From contig NW_024704743.1 in the NCBI RefSeq assembly GCF_018977255.1, forward strand, positions 88,476,001 to 88,540,000: 64,000 nt of DNA, in the 5' to 3' direction. Origin of the DNA: Callorhinchus milii. Lineage: Eukaryota. The stretch's first letter is position 1, and every line of letters starts with the position of its first letter. Shown one piece after another: positions 13,005-26,423 of this stretch. Position numbers and translations under genes: made by a program. The notes beneath the pieces are model-generated. The model ran no database searches. It was not told where the DNA came from and was given only the letters and a program-made list of their open reading frames with translations.

Positions 13005-13385
13005 AATAATATATAATAATTACAATAATCCTTGCATTTGATATAGTCTTATCACATTTTCGAGATGTCTCAAAGTGCTTCACGGAATATACCGTGAAGT
13101 GAATTGACTGTATGTTTTGTGGGCGAAACCGGCAGCTAATTGCGAACAGCAGTGTCGGAAAAAACAGTCGTGGATTGTAAAACCAAATTATTATTATTTT
13201 TAAAGAGATTATTACCCCTGGAAAAGTGATCCCCAATCGACTAACAACTGGGTTGCTACTTACTGCCAAATAAACAGGGGTGTGTGGAGTAAGGAAACAT
13301 GCCCAACGTTTCGCCCTGACCAGGAGTTAAGCCCAGGTCTTCTCGCTTGTGAGGCGAGTGCTGTAACCACTGAGCTGCAGCACTT
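13005..13385 (-). mobile_element. tRNA/CORE-like SINE, near full length, starting about 8 nt from a PIP4P2 splice donor
   Basis: Tail aataatccttgcatttgatatag and head taaccactgagctgcag. Confidence 0.9.
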
Positions 13386-14035
13386 GCTCTTGAGATCCAA
13401 ACATTTTTTCTAGAGTATCTAAGAATAAGACTATCACATATAGGGTTTGAACCCACAACCTTCTGTTAACTGAGCCAGCTGACCATTGTCTAGGAATACA
13501 GCGTCGCAAATGAGTGCCCATTGGCACAAATACCAAAAACAACTGAGACCTCTAAAAGCTCTAATATATATAAATAGGGAGCACTTACTTTGTAGCAACA
13601 CAGTATTCTCAAGGACTGACATATTAAAAAAAAAGTTCAACAATGTGTTTTTACAGTATTAGCATATGCATTTGTTAATCCTCTGTTTCTGAATGAACAA
13701 TATTATCTTTTAAGTTGCTTTGCTTCATATAAACTAATGCATTGTTTATGTATGTTACTTTGTTATTTAAATCAATTGATTGGAACTGAAGCACATTTGT
13801 ACAAATGAGTTACATTTTACAGTACATTTCACATCCAGGAAATTAAAGGATTCCCCTAAACTTTACAGTAGATTTCCATACTACCGTTAGCTTTTCACTG
13901 ATCAAGGATTACTCTTTTCTTTAGGAAGGGAATGCTTTGTGTTTATACTGAATAACATGATTTTCAACTTCTGTGAATCAAGTATGCAAATTTTATGTTG
14001 AGAAATTTTAAGATGGGGGAAGAACATTCTCTAGT

Positions 14036-14445
14036 GTGCCAGCCTGGCTCAGTGGTAGCAATCTCATCTGAGTCAGAAAGTTGTGGGTTCAAGCCTCACG
14101 TTGGCATTTGGAATTGTATGGTCTAAGGTGATACTCCAATACAGTGCTGAGGGTATATTGTATTGTCGGAGGAGCCAACCTTTGGATAAGATGTAAACCT
14201 AGGTCCCGTCTGCCTGTTCAGGGGGGCGTTAAAAATCTAAATTCGAAAAGAGGAGGGAATTTCTCCTTGTGTTCTGACCAACAATCCCTCATGGCTGTTT
14301 GTGGGACACAGCTGTGCACAAACTGGTTGCTGCATTTCGCCCACAAAATAAACAGTTACTTTACAGTATATCCTGTGAAGGGTATTGAGATATCTCAATG
14401 ATGTGATAGGGTGTTATATCAAATACAAGGATCATTATTATTATT
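14036..14445 (+). mobile_element. Deu-domain-like tRNA-SINE
   Basis: cctggctcagtggtagc...gagtcagaa.gttgtgggttcaagcc head, ggataagatgtaaacc core and shared tail. Confidence 0.85.
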
Positions 14446-15254
14446 AAGAAGGGTATCATCCTAATGGCAGCAAATGTTTTGACTTTTAGCCAGGTTTATC
14501 CCTGATGGGATTTAAAATTGTTGGTGCACACTGACCTAGACTTTACTAACAAATGAATAATCTGGGGGTCTAACCCTCCCTGCATACCCTTATTTGCCTG
14601 ACGCCCAATGCTCTAACTTATCATCTCTGTCTCCCATTTCACTTTTCCTTAGTCTCATTTGTTTTTTTTTCCCTTTCTTTATTTTGTTTTCTTCTTCCTA
14701 AATTTTAATTTCAGTCATCCTGTGGTTGTTAATGGTCCAAATTAATTGCTGCAGTTCCCTAAGTAATAATATTCTACTGTATATATTATTTTATTTCAGA
14801 TTATTATTCCATTCTTTGATTGTATTATTAGTTTTAGGTTCTGTCTGCCTTTTGATTCAGGTGGACATAAAGGGACTGCTCCATCATTACAATTTCAAAG
14901 AACTGAGTATTTTGGTTAACCTGGTTTAAATTCCCTTCCAAATCCAAATTTACTCCAAATTCAAATTAATTGGCTGTTTTGGAAACTTTTCTGTCACATT
15001 AGCTGTGGTGTTGGTCAACATACAATGGGCATCCCCATTTTTAGATTGTCCAATGGAGATTATTTGATCTTCACTTTTGAGTGGGTTCAATTAGTCAATA
15101 AACTGAGAGGGTTATTTGGGTTATTTCAACTTTCAGTAAGTGTGCACATGTATTTAGCTGAGGGTTTCACCAATTGATATGGAGCAGTCAAGATTTGGCT
15201 CAAAAAGTTTAAATTCACTATGCGCAATTTAACTTCTGTGTTTTTTTTAAAAAG

Positions 15255-15398
15255 GTTGGAACCCAAGAGTTTGCCAGACGATACAGTGCAACATACGTTT
15301 CCTGGGTTTTTGCTTATCTTCTCGGCTTGATCTGTCTATTCCGAGCTTGTTACTGGGGAGCCATAAAAGTTAGCTATCCTGAGCACAGCTTTGCGTAG
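15255..15398 (+). CDS. PIP4P2: PIP4P2 last coding exon (VGTQEFARRYSATYVSWVFAYLLGLICLFRACYWGAIKVSYPEHSFA*), second transmembrane helix
   Basis: Acceptor ttttttttaaaaag; 144 nt ending in TAG at 15396-15398; C-terminus SYPEHSFA typical of TMEM55A. Confidence 0.95.
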   Translation, partial: VGTQEFARRYSATYVSWVFAYLLGLICLFRACYWGAIKVSYPEHSFA

Positions 15399-15827
15399 AT
15401 AAATCTTTCATCCATTGCAGAAGATGTGTTGATCTGCAAATCTTTGATACCGAGAGAATGGACAATGTCAAGTTATTCTGTATTAACTTCATAGACTGAT
15501 TAGACCCAAAGAGGATGCTCATGTCAGAACATACGCACATTGCACTACAGTTTTATGCAAGTAAACCTTTTTTGTTGTTGCTAGGTTGTCATGTTCTTAC
15601 TGCAGGTGCTGCATTTACTTTCTGTAAGCTGTTTGTAAATCTCTCCAATTTGCCTTAGTTACTTATAATCATGGAATGCTGTATTGAATTTCCTGCTGTT
15701 TTAAGTGTTCACTTTAGCTGCTGTTATATTGCAGAAGTACAACAGAATATGGCAAAACAAACTGGCTTCATAAACATTAAAATATTTCCATATTTGTTTG
15801 ATACTTTTATTTGCTCTCATAACTTGT

Positions 15828-15872
15828 AATAAAATGTTGACAACGCTGCCTGCATCATAGCGAAGCAATAAA
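15828..15872 (+). terminator. Candidate PIP4P2 polyadenylation signals
   Basis: AATAAA at 15828-15833 and 15867-15872 with downstream GT/T-rich sequence; further AATAAA hexamers lie downstream, so the site used is uncertain. Confidence 0.45.
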
Positions 15873-16576
15873 AACAGTCTATTTGTTGTATTTCACATTA
15901 TTTCATACTTTCGAATTGTTTGCTTTCTATGAAGTTTTTTTTAAATGCAAAAGGTGTGATTGTCATAAAGTATTATGGTGACAACAGTGATACATGACTG
16001 ATTGGGTCATGTTTGTCTCATTGTGCAACTATCTATTATGTGTATTATAATAAATTTGACAATAACCAAGTAGGAAAAAACATGGAAAAGTTGTAGTTTT
16101 TATCATAAAATAAATTAATTTAACAAAGAATTGAGATAGAAATGTCAGAAATGTTTGTACCAAAATACTTACAGATCCAGTGAAGTAAGTTGCATTGTCA
16201 AGAGGGATCCATTTTTTAAAATAATGATAATGGTAGAAATTATTCTACAAATAAAGTATCTAAATATTTGTTGTGCCTGCAGTGTCATTAATTTTAGACT
16301 AGACAACTTAATAATGTAAATTTACAATGACAGAGTGTCATTTTTGTTTTAATTGGTATCTTGCCCTTTTCCATTTGGTATATTTCCCTTTTTTGATGTG
16401 ATCATTATTGTCTTTCTAATTTATCAATATTCCTATGGCCAATGGTTCTGGCTTTTCCTTGCAAGCTATAGCTCTTAGAACACAATAAAACCTTTATTTA
16501 ATTTATGAAATTACTTCATGCACAGCTCAGACATCATTTCAATCTAAAATTAAAGAAACCTAAAATGGATATTTTT

Positions 16577-16595
16577 AACCACTAGATGGAGCATT
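16577..16595 (+). promoter_or_regulatory. Candidate CTCF site
   Basis: CCACTAGATGGAGC matches the CTCF core CCACYAGRKGGCRC with one common substitution; motif only. Confidence 0.3.
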
Positions 16596-16950
16596 TCACT
16601 AAATATTTTAGGTCAAATAAAAATGATGAGAATGAGTCATTCAGAATGATTTTTAAAAATTCAACAAAATGGAAGTTTTAAAGTGAATTCAACTGAAAAA
16701 TAGATCAAATGGAAACAATTATTGATTATCTGTCGTGGTATCAGGAATTGAAGCAAATTCATCAAAGGTATAACATTTGATTTTGATACAGATGAAGCCA
16801 AGCAAAGCTAGAGTTGGCTATTAATATGGTTGCAATATACAACATAAAAATATAACATATGAAAAACAGTCTTGAAAATTCAAATGTTAATGGAGCAACC
16901 TGATTTGTAACAGACTTAAAAAGGAAATTGCATGAATACTGCATTATTGT

Positions 16951-17325
16951 ATAATAATAATCCTTGCATTTGATATAGAGCCTTATTCCGTCATTGAGAC
17001 ATCTGAAAGCACTTCACGGAATATATTGTAAAGTGAATTGATTGTATTTTGTGGACAAAACACGGCAGCCAATTGCGCAAAACAGTGTCCCACAAACAGT
17101 TGTGGATTGAGTGACCAATTATTATTTTTTGGAGGGATTATTACCCCCGGAAAGCGATCCACCAATCGACTAACAACCAGGTTCCTACTTACAGCTAGGT
17201 AAACAGAGGCGTGTGGAGTAAGGAAACATGCCTAAGTTTTCGCCCCCATTCCCCCTCCCTCCAAGAAGCAAACCCAGATCCTCTCGCTTGCAAGACGACA
17301 GCACTACCCATTACTCTACAGGACA
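16951..17325 (-). mobile_element. tRNA/CORE-like SINE
   Basis: Family tail, body and degenerate head. Confidence 0.9.
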
Positions 17326-17389
17326 CAACTAGAATAGAATTGTTACAGGTAACGTGCTTGACTAAGCTAGGAGCCAGGCCATAAAATCA

Positions 17390-17710
17390 ATAAATCCTTG
17401 CATTTGATACAGTGTCTTTCATGTCTGGAGGGCATCTCAAAGCATTTCACAGGATTTCCTCTAAAGGTTAGTAACTATATTCTGAAGGTGAACACAGCAG
17501 TTGTTTACAGCAATTTATAAATAGCAATGTTCCACAATCAGCCATGAAGTGAATGACCAATTTCATCTGGGCTATTGTTCACCAGGACACCCACCAGATA
17601 TTTGGCTTCCATTTGAATAGCAGGTCCTCAGTTTCACATCTTATCTGAAGGACTGCACCTTCAACAATCAGTGCAACTCCACTACTGCATTGGAGTGTCA
17701 GCCTAACTAG
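17390..17710 (-). mobile_element. Deu-like SINE, degenerate
   Basis: Tail plus reverse-complement core (caggacac, ggagtgtcagcct). Confidence 0.65.
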
Positions 17711-18039
17711 TGAGGCAAAGAATGTGAAAAACTATTTAAAACTGCCTGTCATATGGATAGCCATGTACATGTGCACTGAATTATGTGGTGAACAACTAAT
17801 GAAAGTATTACACAATTAGTTGGTGATTACATAATTATTTTAATTGAATAATTACATAACTAAGTGGACCTGTAATTCCCTCTATACAAATGTATTCACA
17901 CATTGCATTAATACACTTGCATTTCCAAGATGCATGATGCACAGTAGACCAGTACACATTATCTAAGCTAAATGTTCAGACTAGGTTAAAATTATAATGT
18001 CTAGATCTGTCATCTAAAAGTTTGGTATGGCTACATTTT

Positions 18040-18196
18040 AATAATAATAATAATAATCCTTGCATTTGATATAGCACTTTTCACGTCAGGAGGACGTCCC
18101 AAAGCGCTTCACAGAACACACTGTAAAGTGAATTGACTGTATATTTGTGGGCAAACGCGGCAGCCAATTGCGCACAGCAATGTCCCACAAACAGTC
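18040..18196 (-). mobile_element. Young 5'-truncated SINE
   Basis: Nearly identical to 30410-30558. Confidence 0.9.
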
Positions 18197-19481
18197 ATTT
18201 TAATTTTAAATTTAAGTCAAATTTTAGCATTGAACTATGATAATAATAATTCTTGAATTTGATGTAGCGCTTTATTATGTGTGGAAATGGTGCAAAACGT
18301 TTCACAGGATATCAATGTAGAATATAGTAACTATTTTGTAAGCAAACTTGCATAAGCACTGCAGACCGAAAGATTGAGTTTCACCATGAACAATTTTCCC
18401 CCCAAAATACAGGAGTATTGGGAGAAAATTCTGAACTTGTTTGTCTCAGGCAGGGGAAATGATTTTATTCACAATGCTAGAAACGTCCTGCAACATATGA
18501 TGGGATGCAAATTGGAAAAAACGCTTCCTACTGCCTGTATGTCCCATAGTTGAACATTGTGCTGAGAATGCATAGATACAGTGCGAACATTGAGTTTAGC
18601 TTCATTTGGTTTACCTTTTTTACCAGAAGATGGCAGTATTGTCAACAATGATTGCAACCTTTTAAAAGCAAACTGATGGATGGTTTAAATTACAATTGAA
18701 TTGAAATGGGTATTTGTACTACATCAGCAAATGCTCTTTGTGCCATAATGTCTGTGTTGATCCATGATAGAAGCCGTGAAGAGAAAACTAGAGGGTAAGA
18801 TTTACAAAAAGTCAAATATTGTATGTTGTGTTCAGTCTGCTGTCAAATAATTTTGCAAATAATTTACTTTACCGTGATTTGTCATCTTTAGTATGCGAGT
18901 TACATTCACATGAAAATATTTATGAAAAAGGCAAGTCAAATAACAATCATTAATACTAAAAAGGTAATGATTATATTTGAAAGAGTGGTATTGTGATTCC
19001 ATGGTATTGTCTTGTTCATTTTATGTATTTTAATAAAGCAAAGTTTTTTGTAATATAAAGTATTTTGAATGGCCTTTCAAAAGGGGGTATTTGCAAGCAA
19101 AATATTCTTTTAATTACTTCAATGTTCATGTATTGCTTAATGTATCCCAAATTTTACACACCAATATTGCTGTGCTATTGTAGTTTGTTGATACAAATGT
19201 GAAAGATCTCATCTATTACTTATAATGTAGAAGCAGTCATATTTTCAGTGCAAGTCCTGAAATATAATTTCTCTAATGTTCTACAAATCTACAATATTAA
19301 ATAATAGTCTTAAAAAAACCATATTTGTATTGAGTAAAAGTTTGTTTTCCATTTTTGGCTAGAAGGAATGCAAAAAGTAGCATCACAGCATTTGGGATTA
19401 CAATATTCGTTTCTGGAAACAGAAAACTAATTTTGGCACAAATGCCACAATCATTCTACTATCTGCACAAACGTTTGCATG

Positions 19482-19793
19482 CTTTAAATGAAATTGCTTA
19501 GACCAAATAATGCAAATGCAATAAAAATACCCAAATAATGGTATTTGCAGGAGGTATTGTATAATTTTATATATTTTTAAATTCCTAACTGATATTGCGA
19601 GAAATGTGGCATTCACAAAACGGAAATCTCTGTGTTAATTGCAACTCTCAGTTTGCAAATAAAATGATTCGCCACCATTGTTTTGAAGAAAATTGCAATC
19701 CTGAGGGCCTTTAAATGAAATTGCTTAGACCAAATAATGCAAATGCAATAAAAATACCCAAATAATGGTATTTGCAGGAGGTATTGTATAATT
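19482..19793. repeat. Perfect 85-bp direct repeat (19482-19566 and 19709-19793)
   Basis: ctttaaatgaaattgcttag...gtattgtataatt present twice with a 142-bp spacer. Confidence 0.95.
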
Positions 19794-20974
19794 GTATTTC
19801 ATTTAAACCAAAGGTCATTTTGCAGCCAATATTCTGCCTTACATCGATTTGGGATCAGGCTTCAAAATTTACAATTAAGAATTTGTGAAATTCTGTACAC
19901 TTAAGAAAATAGTCTCTAAGACTAATACCAGGTGAAATGTTTAGGCCCCAGGATCCCATATGGCGGTAATGTTTCATGTTTGTTCCTCAATGGCAAGTAT
20001 AAAGTCAAGTGATGTTCAGAAAAATGAGGTTTGAGCACCAAGATTTCTTTAGCTAAGAGGGAACCACTAAAAATAACTTGTTTACTTTCCTCAGCATGTT
20101 TAAACAAACTGAGAGGCTTGCTGCAGATGAAGGTAAATAAGCATTTATGTCTCAGAGAGCCGCCACATAACCCTGACCTTTTCATCAGATCTTAAACATT
20201 GTTTGACCAGTCAGCCCCTAATGATCATCTCTTAAACCAATCCTTGTTTTACAAAGATTTCCAAATCTGGAAGTACACTTCTTAAACAACAAGATTTCGA
20301 GCTGCTTTTGCAGAGATGATTGACGTCCGTAGTCAGGTATTCTAAAGTAAATTGCATGGATCCAAGTCAGTTCTTGAAGCACAATAAAGAGTTGAACAGC
20401 TAAAAACAAACCCAAGTCATCCTTGCCATTTGTTTCCGATTCAAAGGCCTTAAACATATCTTAAGACCTTTGAATCTCCTCATCAATGTTGAAAGCAGCA
20501 ACTTGAGCAGAGAAACCCACTGGCACAATAACAAATACCTTTTTGCAAACAGCTATTCAAAAACAAGCAATCATTGTTCAATTTGCAATCATCTAAATTA
20601 GTCAGTCGCCAAAACCAAAACTAAGGGAGCTCCCTATTTCAACCACATCATACAATCAATGCTCCTGCTAATACTTACAAAGTGCTGGTCCAAAGAATTA
20701 CATAGAATAATACAGCAGGTAAACAGGCCTGTTGGTCCAACTAGTCCTTGCTGGTGTTTATACTCCACATGAACTTCCATACCTCCTGAACTCCTCTCTC
20801 ATAACACTCTATTTCCTTCTCCCTCATGTATGCGTCAAGTTTTCTCTTAAATATGTTGCTGCATCCTACTTCAACCACAACTTCCAGAAGCAGTCCATTT
20901 CGCAACTTGTACTGTTGAAAAAATTCAAATTCAATTTTAAATGTATATCATGAAATCAGATTTCAAACAATTAT

Positions 20975-21333
20975 GCAGTAGCTCTATGGTTAGAGCACTT
21001 GCCTCGCAAGCGAGCGACCTGGGTTTCATTCCCGTAAGGGCAAAATGTTGGGCAAGTTTCCTTACTCCACAGGCCTCTGTTTACCGAGCAGTAAGTAGGA
21101 ACCTGGTTGTTAGTCGATTGGTGGATCACTTTTCTGAGGGTAATAATTCCTTCAAAAAAAATTGGTCACTCAACTCACAACTGTTTGTGTGACATTGCTG
21201 TGCGCGATTGTCTAACGTGTTTTGCCCACAAAATATACAGTCAATTCACTTTACAGTATATTCTGAGAAGTGCTTTGAGATGTCTTGAAAACGTGATAAG
21301 GCGCTATATTAAATGCAAGGATTATTATTATTA
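20975..21333 (+). mobile_element. tRNA/CORE-like SINE, near full length
   Basis: Head tagctctatggttagagcac, body and tail. Confidence 0.9.
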
Positions 21334-22254
21334 TCTTGTACATACATATGGATTTTGTGAACTGGAGAAACTTTGGTTACCAAAAACAAAGGAAGGGACT
21401 AGCATTTTAAATGTAACAGTGATTTGATCAGAACAATGTTTTATGCTTATTTCAGCTATTTTCCTGGAAACTAGAAAGCCATTAATATGGTTCAATGGTT
21501 CTATTTGATAGAGAATTGTTTTGGCTCCACCTTTATTATAATGTAGATTATCTCACAGAATTCAAAACAAAAGCTTCTGTAAATTTTAAAATGACATAAT
21601 TGAATGACAGAAAGATAATTATCAATGCCAGATAATATTCAATATTTGTTAATAGTTTGATTTAGATATTCTTCTACTTTTTACAACACAACTTATAAAA
21701 GTCTAAGGCAAAATTAATTTTTCATTCAGGATAAAGATAGTCAACAATAAATATGGCCCTCATCCTAAAAACGATATGTTCTGGGACAGATACACACAAG
21801 GAACATACTTGTAATAATTATTATTATTATTATTATATTCTGTAAATGATAATTTTAACTCATTTTCTAAAGGATATTTATGACATGCATATGCATAATA
21901 TATCAAAAAGTAATGCACTCAAATGCAGTGAACCCTTTACTCAATGCTGTTATACCCAGTGAACATCCTTCCACAGAAAAGTTTGCTTTAATTTTTTGTT
22001 TTATTTAATCATCATCTTCCTCTGCTTCTGCTCTACATTAATGGCTGCACATGCTTGGATTCGCCACACGTGTTCTGATCTGATCATATGCCTGGGCCAC
22101 CTATAGATGTTTAACTCAGATACAGCTCCAATGACATTGACATCTGGCTTTTGGATATATGTTAAAATATGTTAAATACATCAATTCTTTGCAGCTAGGT
22201 GCATCTAAATTATTTTGCCCTCATGATCTACTGACATTGTATTGTTTTTCATGT

Positions 22255-22660
22255 GTATGTTGGTCAATTGGTAGCTGTCTTGCCTATGAATCAGAAGGTT
22301 ATGGGTTCAAGCCCTGTATCAGGACTTTGGGTCACATAGTCTAAGCTGACTGTCCAACAGTGCTAGAGATATGTTATATTGTCTGAGATGCTGTACTTCG
22401 GATGAGACATTAAACCATGGAGTTCTGTCTGACTGTTCTGGTGGGTGTTAATGATCCCATGATTCAATTCGAAAAGAGAAGGGAATTTTTCCTGGTATCC
22501 TGGTTAATAATCTCCTAAATAAAATTGGTCATTCGTTTCATAGCTGTTTGTGGGCTGCCACCTTCACCTAGAAAACACACCGTCACTACACTTCTCAATA
22601 AATCCTATGAAGAGCTTTGCGACATCCTCTCAACGTGAAAGGCAAGCATCATTATTATTT
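22255..22660 (+). mobile_element. Deu-like SINE
   Basis: cagaaggttatgggttcaagcc head and ttcggatgagacattaaacc core. Confidence 0.8.
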
Positions 22661-24228
22661 ATTTGTCCATAGATTCTTTTCCTTTCATGATTACTTCAGT
22701 TTCATAAATTATAATGTTTGACAAATGCTTTCAGCCACCATACACCAAATTTGTGGAACTCCCTGCATTTTGCCCTCTCTTTGCCTGACTTCAACTCACA
22801 CCAAACGATTTTCCTCCTGCAAAATTTCCACATCGCTGTTAAATACTCCGAAGGACACTATATAAAGGCAAGTTGTTGTTACATTTACATACTGAAAAAA
22901 AGTTCAGTTTCCCATTTAGAGCTCCAACCTTTCTGCCCAAAATTTATACTTACCATTCAATTGTCTAAGCCTCCTTTATTGTTCACCCTCTATCTCCCCA
23001 GATATCAAGTCCTGGGTGAGTCTTAACTTATTTTATTTGGATATTAACAAAACTGAAATCATACAGAATCGTTTTGCCTCACCTCTGTTGCTCATTCCAG
23101 TTAATCAAGACCATGCAACCTTGGCATTTTGTTTGACCCTGTGTAAACTTCAAAACTCCAACTTATCCAGAATTCACTACAAATATATTGTACAGTAAAT
23201 GATGTGTAGCACTTTGAGACTCCTAGACAATGTGATAAACCACTATATCAAATTCAAGGAATTATAAATTACTGAAACCTGAATTGATCTCCTCTCCCAT
23301 ACTAAGATGTGTGCACCTAACTACCTATCCTTGACAGGCTCCGCATTCACTGCCTTCCAGTGGATTGTTTAAATTCTTACTTGCTTTTGTCCCACTCAAA
23401 CCCTGCAATGTCTGTCAGCCCCATTCTCCCATTCACATCCTCCATCTGCTGCTACTTCTGGACTCCCCTCACCCCATTCTGAGCTTTCAGCCACTGCCAC
23501 ACTCAATGGAACTCTCCCCATCCTGCTTCCACTCTCTCTCTTTCTCTGCCTTCAAAACCCTCCTAAAAATAATAATAATCCTTGCATTTGATATCGTGCC
23601 TTATCACATCTTCGAGACATCTCAAAGCGCTTCACCGAATATACTGTAAAGTGAATTGATTGTATAGTTGAACTATACTTTTGGTCAACATACTCATAAC
23701 CCCTTCCATTTAGCTCAGTCACATATGTCATTTTTGTAGACTTCGAGACATTATCCTGGTGAAAGGCACTATATAACTATATTGTGTTCCTATTGTTGTG
23801 TAATTCCAAGCAGCAGGAAAGATTACCAAACAGTGTTATCAATGCAAGCTATGTAGTTTCAAAACTGAAATTATAAATGCTATATTATGAGACAGCTTAT
23901 TTTTCTTGCAGAAAACTTAACAATGGGGCAGAGTTCCCAACAAACTGAATTTTTGTGATTTAATGTGTATAGTTTTTTTTACAGCCATGTAGAAAAAAGG
24001 AACATTGTATACATTAAATCACATTCTGCTGGAAATATCACTACATTACAAATCCAGCTAAACTTAGTACACTAGTAATTCTTTCAATCCAATACATTCT
24101 AAATAACACCTCAGAAAATTAATGCGAACAGACTAAATGTATTTACACTGCAAATTTCAAACAGTTACATGGCATTATATAGCATACTGTGACTTTACAT
24201 TATAAGTTTCATTTGGACCAAGCCTTCA

Positions 24229-24342
24229 TACACATGGTGACTAAAAAGTTGTGACATCTCCACTATTATCTTAAAAAAATCATAATTTCTTCAAGACTTA
24301 TTAGACATTCTAATGGTATCACGACTTTTTGGTCACCCTGTA
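24229..24342 (-). mobile_element. Tc1/mariner-type MITE, copy 2
   Basis: Inverted ends ggtgactaaaaagttgtga and tcacgactttttggtcaccctg-TA. Confidence 0.75.
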
Positions 24343-25538
24343 CTTCAGAAAAGCACAAGGCAAGATTGAAAGAAGAACTTTCAGGTCATGTGATCTAATC
24401 TTCTTGAATACAAACTCCAGCACCTTTTCTGGCTGAATAACTCTAATTTATCAAGCCATTCCTCACAGTGCATTCCTTTCACATTACTGCTCTCTTCTGT
24501 ACCGCCTTTGCAGCTCTTACATTTTGACATCCAGAACTACATGTGGTATAGGTGGTATATATGTGGTACTTTAAGTTCGATCTGACCAGAGCACTATAAG
24601 GCTCAGGCACAACTTCAAAGGACCGATTGATTATCAGGGAGAAGTATTACCGCTAGGACATCGAATGTGATAAATATCTAAATACACTCATTTTTGTAGC
24701 AGTGCATTAGGTATTTAACATACCACTAAAACTCCACTGACCCTATTATTTCTGTTCATCGCTGCAAAAGCATATGAACATTAAGCCAATTTTGCTTTCT
24801 GCATGTGACATTGCACCATATCTCTAAACAAATGGTTACTCTGTTCTGATTACAGATTTATAAAGTAGTAAGTACCGATCTTTGGGGTGCTTTTGCACAA
24901 AGGATTTTCAATAGAGCAATATTCTGATCAGATCGCCTCAGCCATAGGAAATCTAGATGGTGATATCCTGATTGAAAGGCCTTAATTTAATTTGAGAATT
25001 CTCAAATTAGGCACTATCCCAGTGCAAAGTGTATCCCAAGTGTAGGCAAATTTGTTAACATAAACAGCAAGATGTTTGTTGCAAAAGCAAATTCATGTGT
25101 TTCAAATTCAATTCAAATTCAAATTCATTGGTTGTGGCAATGTTTGCAATTTAAAATAATTGCACTAAAATAAAGAATAAGGCTGAAATTTAATTGTTTT
25201 CACATGGCACAATAAATAGATACAAAATGCTTGAGGTTTAAACAATCATTTGAACCCCAGTATTGGACTGATTTACTAAATTTTATTACTCATAATAGTT
25301 TGCCAGTTTTAGCCTAAACAGATTGTCAATACACCCAATATTCTTAATGATCACAAAGATATTGCTATCATGTGTCTAGCTAAATCAAGAATTTTTTTTT
25401 AGAAACATTATGGAAAAATAATAGAAAATTGTAGTTTCAGAATATATTTACTGATACTGATGTGACCCAGCACCTTGGGACTTCTTCCCAATGTGAAAGG
25501 CGCTATACAAATGTAATTTTACATTGTATTGTACTTAC

Positions 25539-25620
25539 CCATCTCAGCAGATAGTCGACGTAATGGTCTTGCTGGTTTGAGAGATTTGCGAATTACTGGT
25601 ACCTTCCTTGTAGTATCCAT
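25539..25620 (-). CDS. C8orf88: C8orf88-like first coding exon (MDTTRKVPVIRKSLKPARPLRRLSAEM+G), inverted relative to the rest of the gene
   Basis: On the minus strand: acceptor tttacaaacag ending at 25637, ATG at 25620, donor G|GTAAGTAC; I-x-K-x-L-x-PARP-x-R-x-L matches the recalled C8orf88 N-terminus; phase 1 end fits the exon at 33720. Confidence 0.8.
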
Positions 25621-26423
25621 GATTACTGGTGAGATCCTGTTTGTAAACCTTGCAGTTTTAAATTGTGCATTAAAATCACTTTATCTATCTAATGTAACCA
25701 AGGTACAATCTATAGATATGTAAAAACTATGTGTATGCACCAACATATATTTATATTGAGTTTTGTACACTTATATCCAAATTTGGAAATCTAACTTAAT
25801 AATAATCTTTGCATCTGATATAGCACCTTATCACATTGTCGAGACATCTTAAAGCACTTTGCAGGATAATGTGGGGTGGGTATTGTGTGTGTGTACAGGA
25901 TAAAGTAAATTGGCTATAAAACAAGCCTGTCAGCGCAGTGTTTTGTTTGTCTCTCGTCTCCTTTAAACCTTTCATCCAGTCTGTATTCTTCCACCTCTGC
26001 GATATTGCTGTCTCCTACCTCACTCAATATAGTAAATCCCTCATCCATTCATTTGTCACCTTCAGATGACTTCTCCAATGTCTTACTTGTTAATTTCAAC
26101 CTTACAACAAATCCAGATTACCCACTACTCCGCAATCCATATGCCCACACAAGGTTCTGCTGGACAATTATGGTCGTACTCGCCAGGCTCCACCACGTAC
26201 CTCTTCTCCAATGGATTGATTTCACTCCATACCCTTGCCCCCTTTCTACCTCAATGATCTCCTGCAGTCCTATTCTCCTACTTTTGCTAACTCGGCCCTG
26301 CTTCACAGCCCCTCAACCCCTAGACCAGCAGATGAGCTTTCAGCCACTTTTCCCATTCTTTGGAACTCTCTCTCTAAATCCCTACACTTCGCACTCTCCT
26401 TTTATATCCTTTAACCCCTTCTA

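Noticed and set aside
19922..20560. Non-repetitive stretch with short minus-strand ORFs and CCAAT/TGACGT motifs; possible C8orf88 promoter or first exon
   Set aside because: No recognisable homology or CpG island; motifs too short to support a call
3505..24342. One 21-kb DNA transposon bounded by matching TIRs and enclosing PIP4P2
   Set aside because: Each end has its own internal inverted terminus, so these are two separate MITEs
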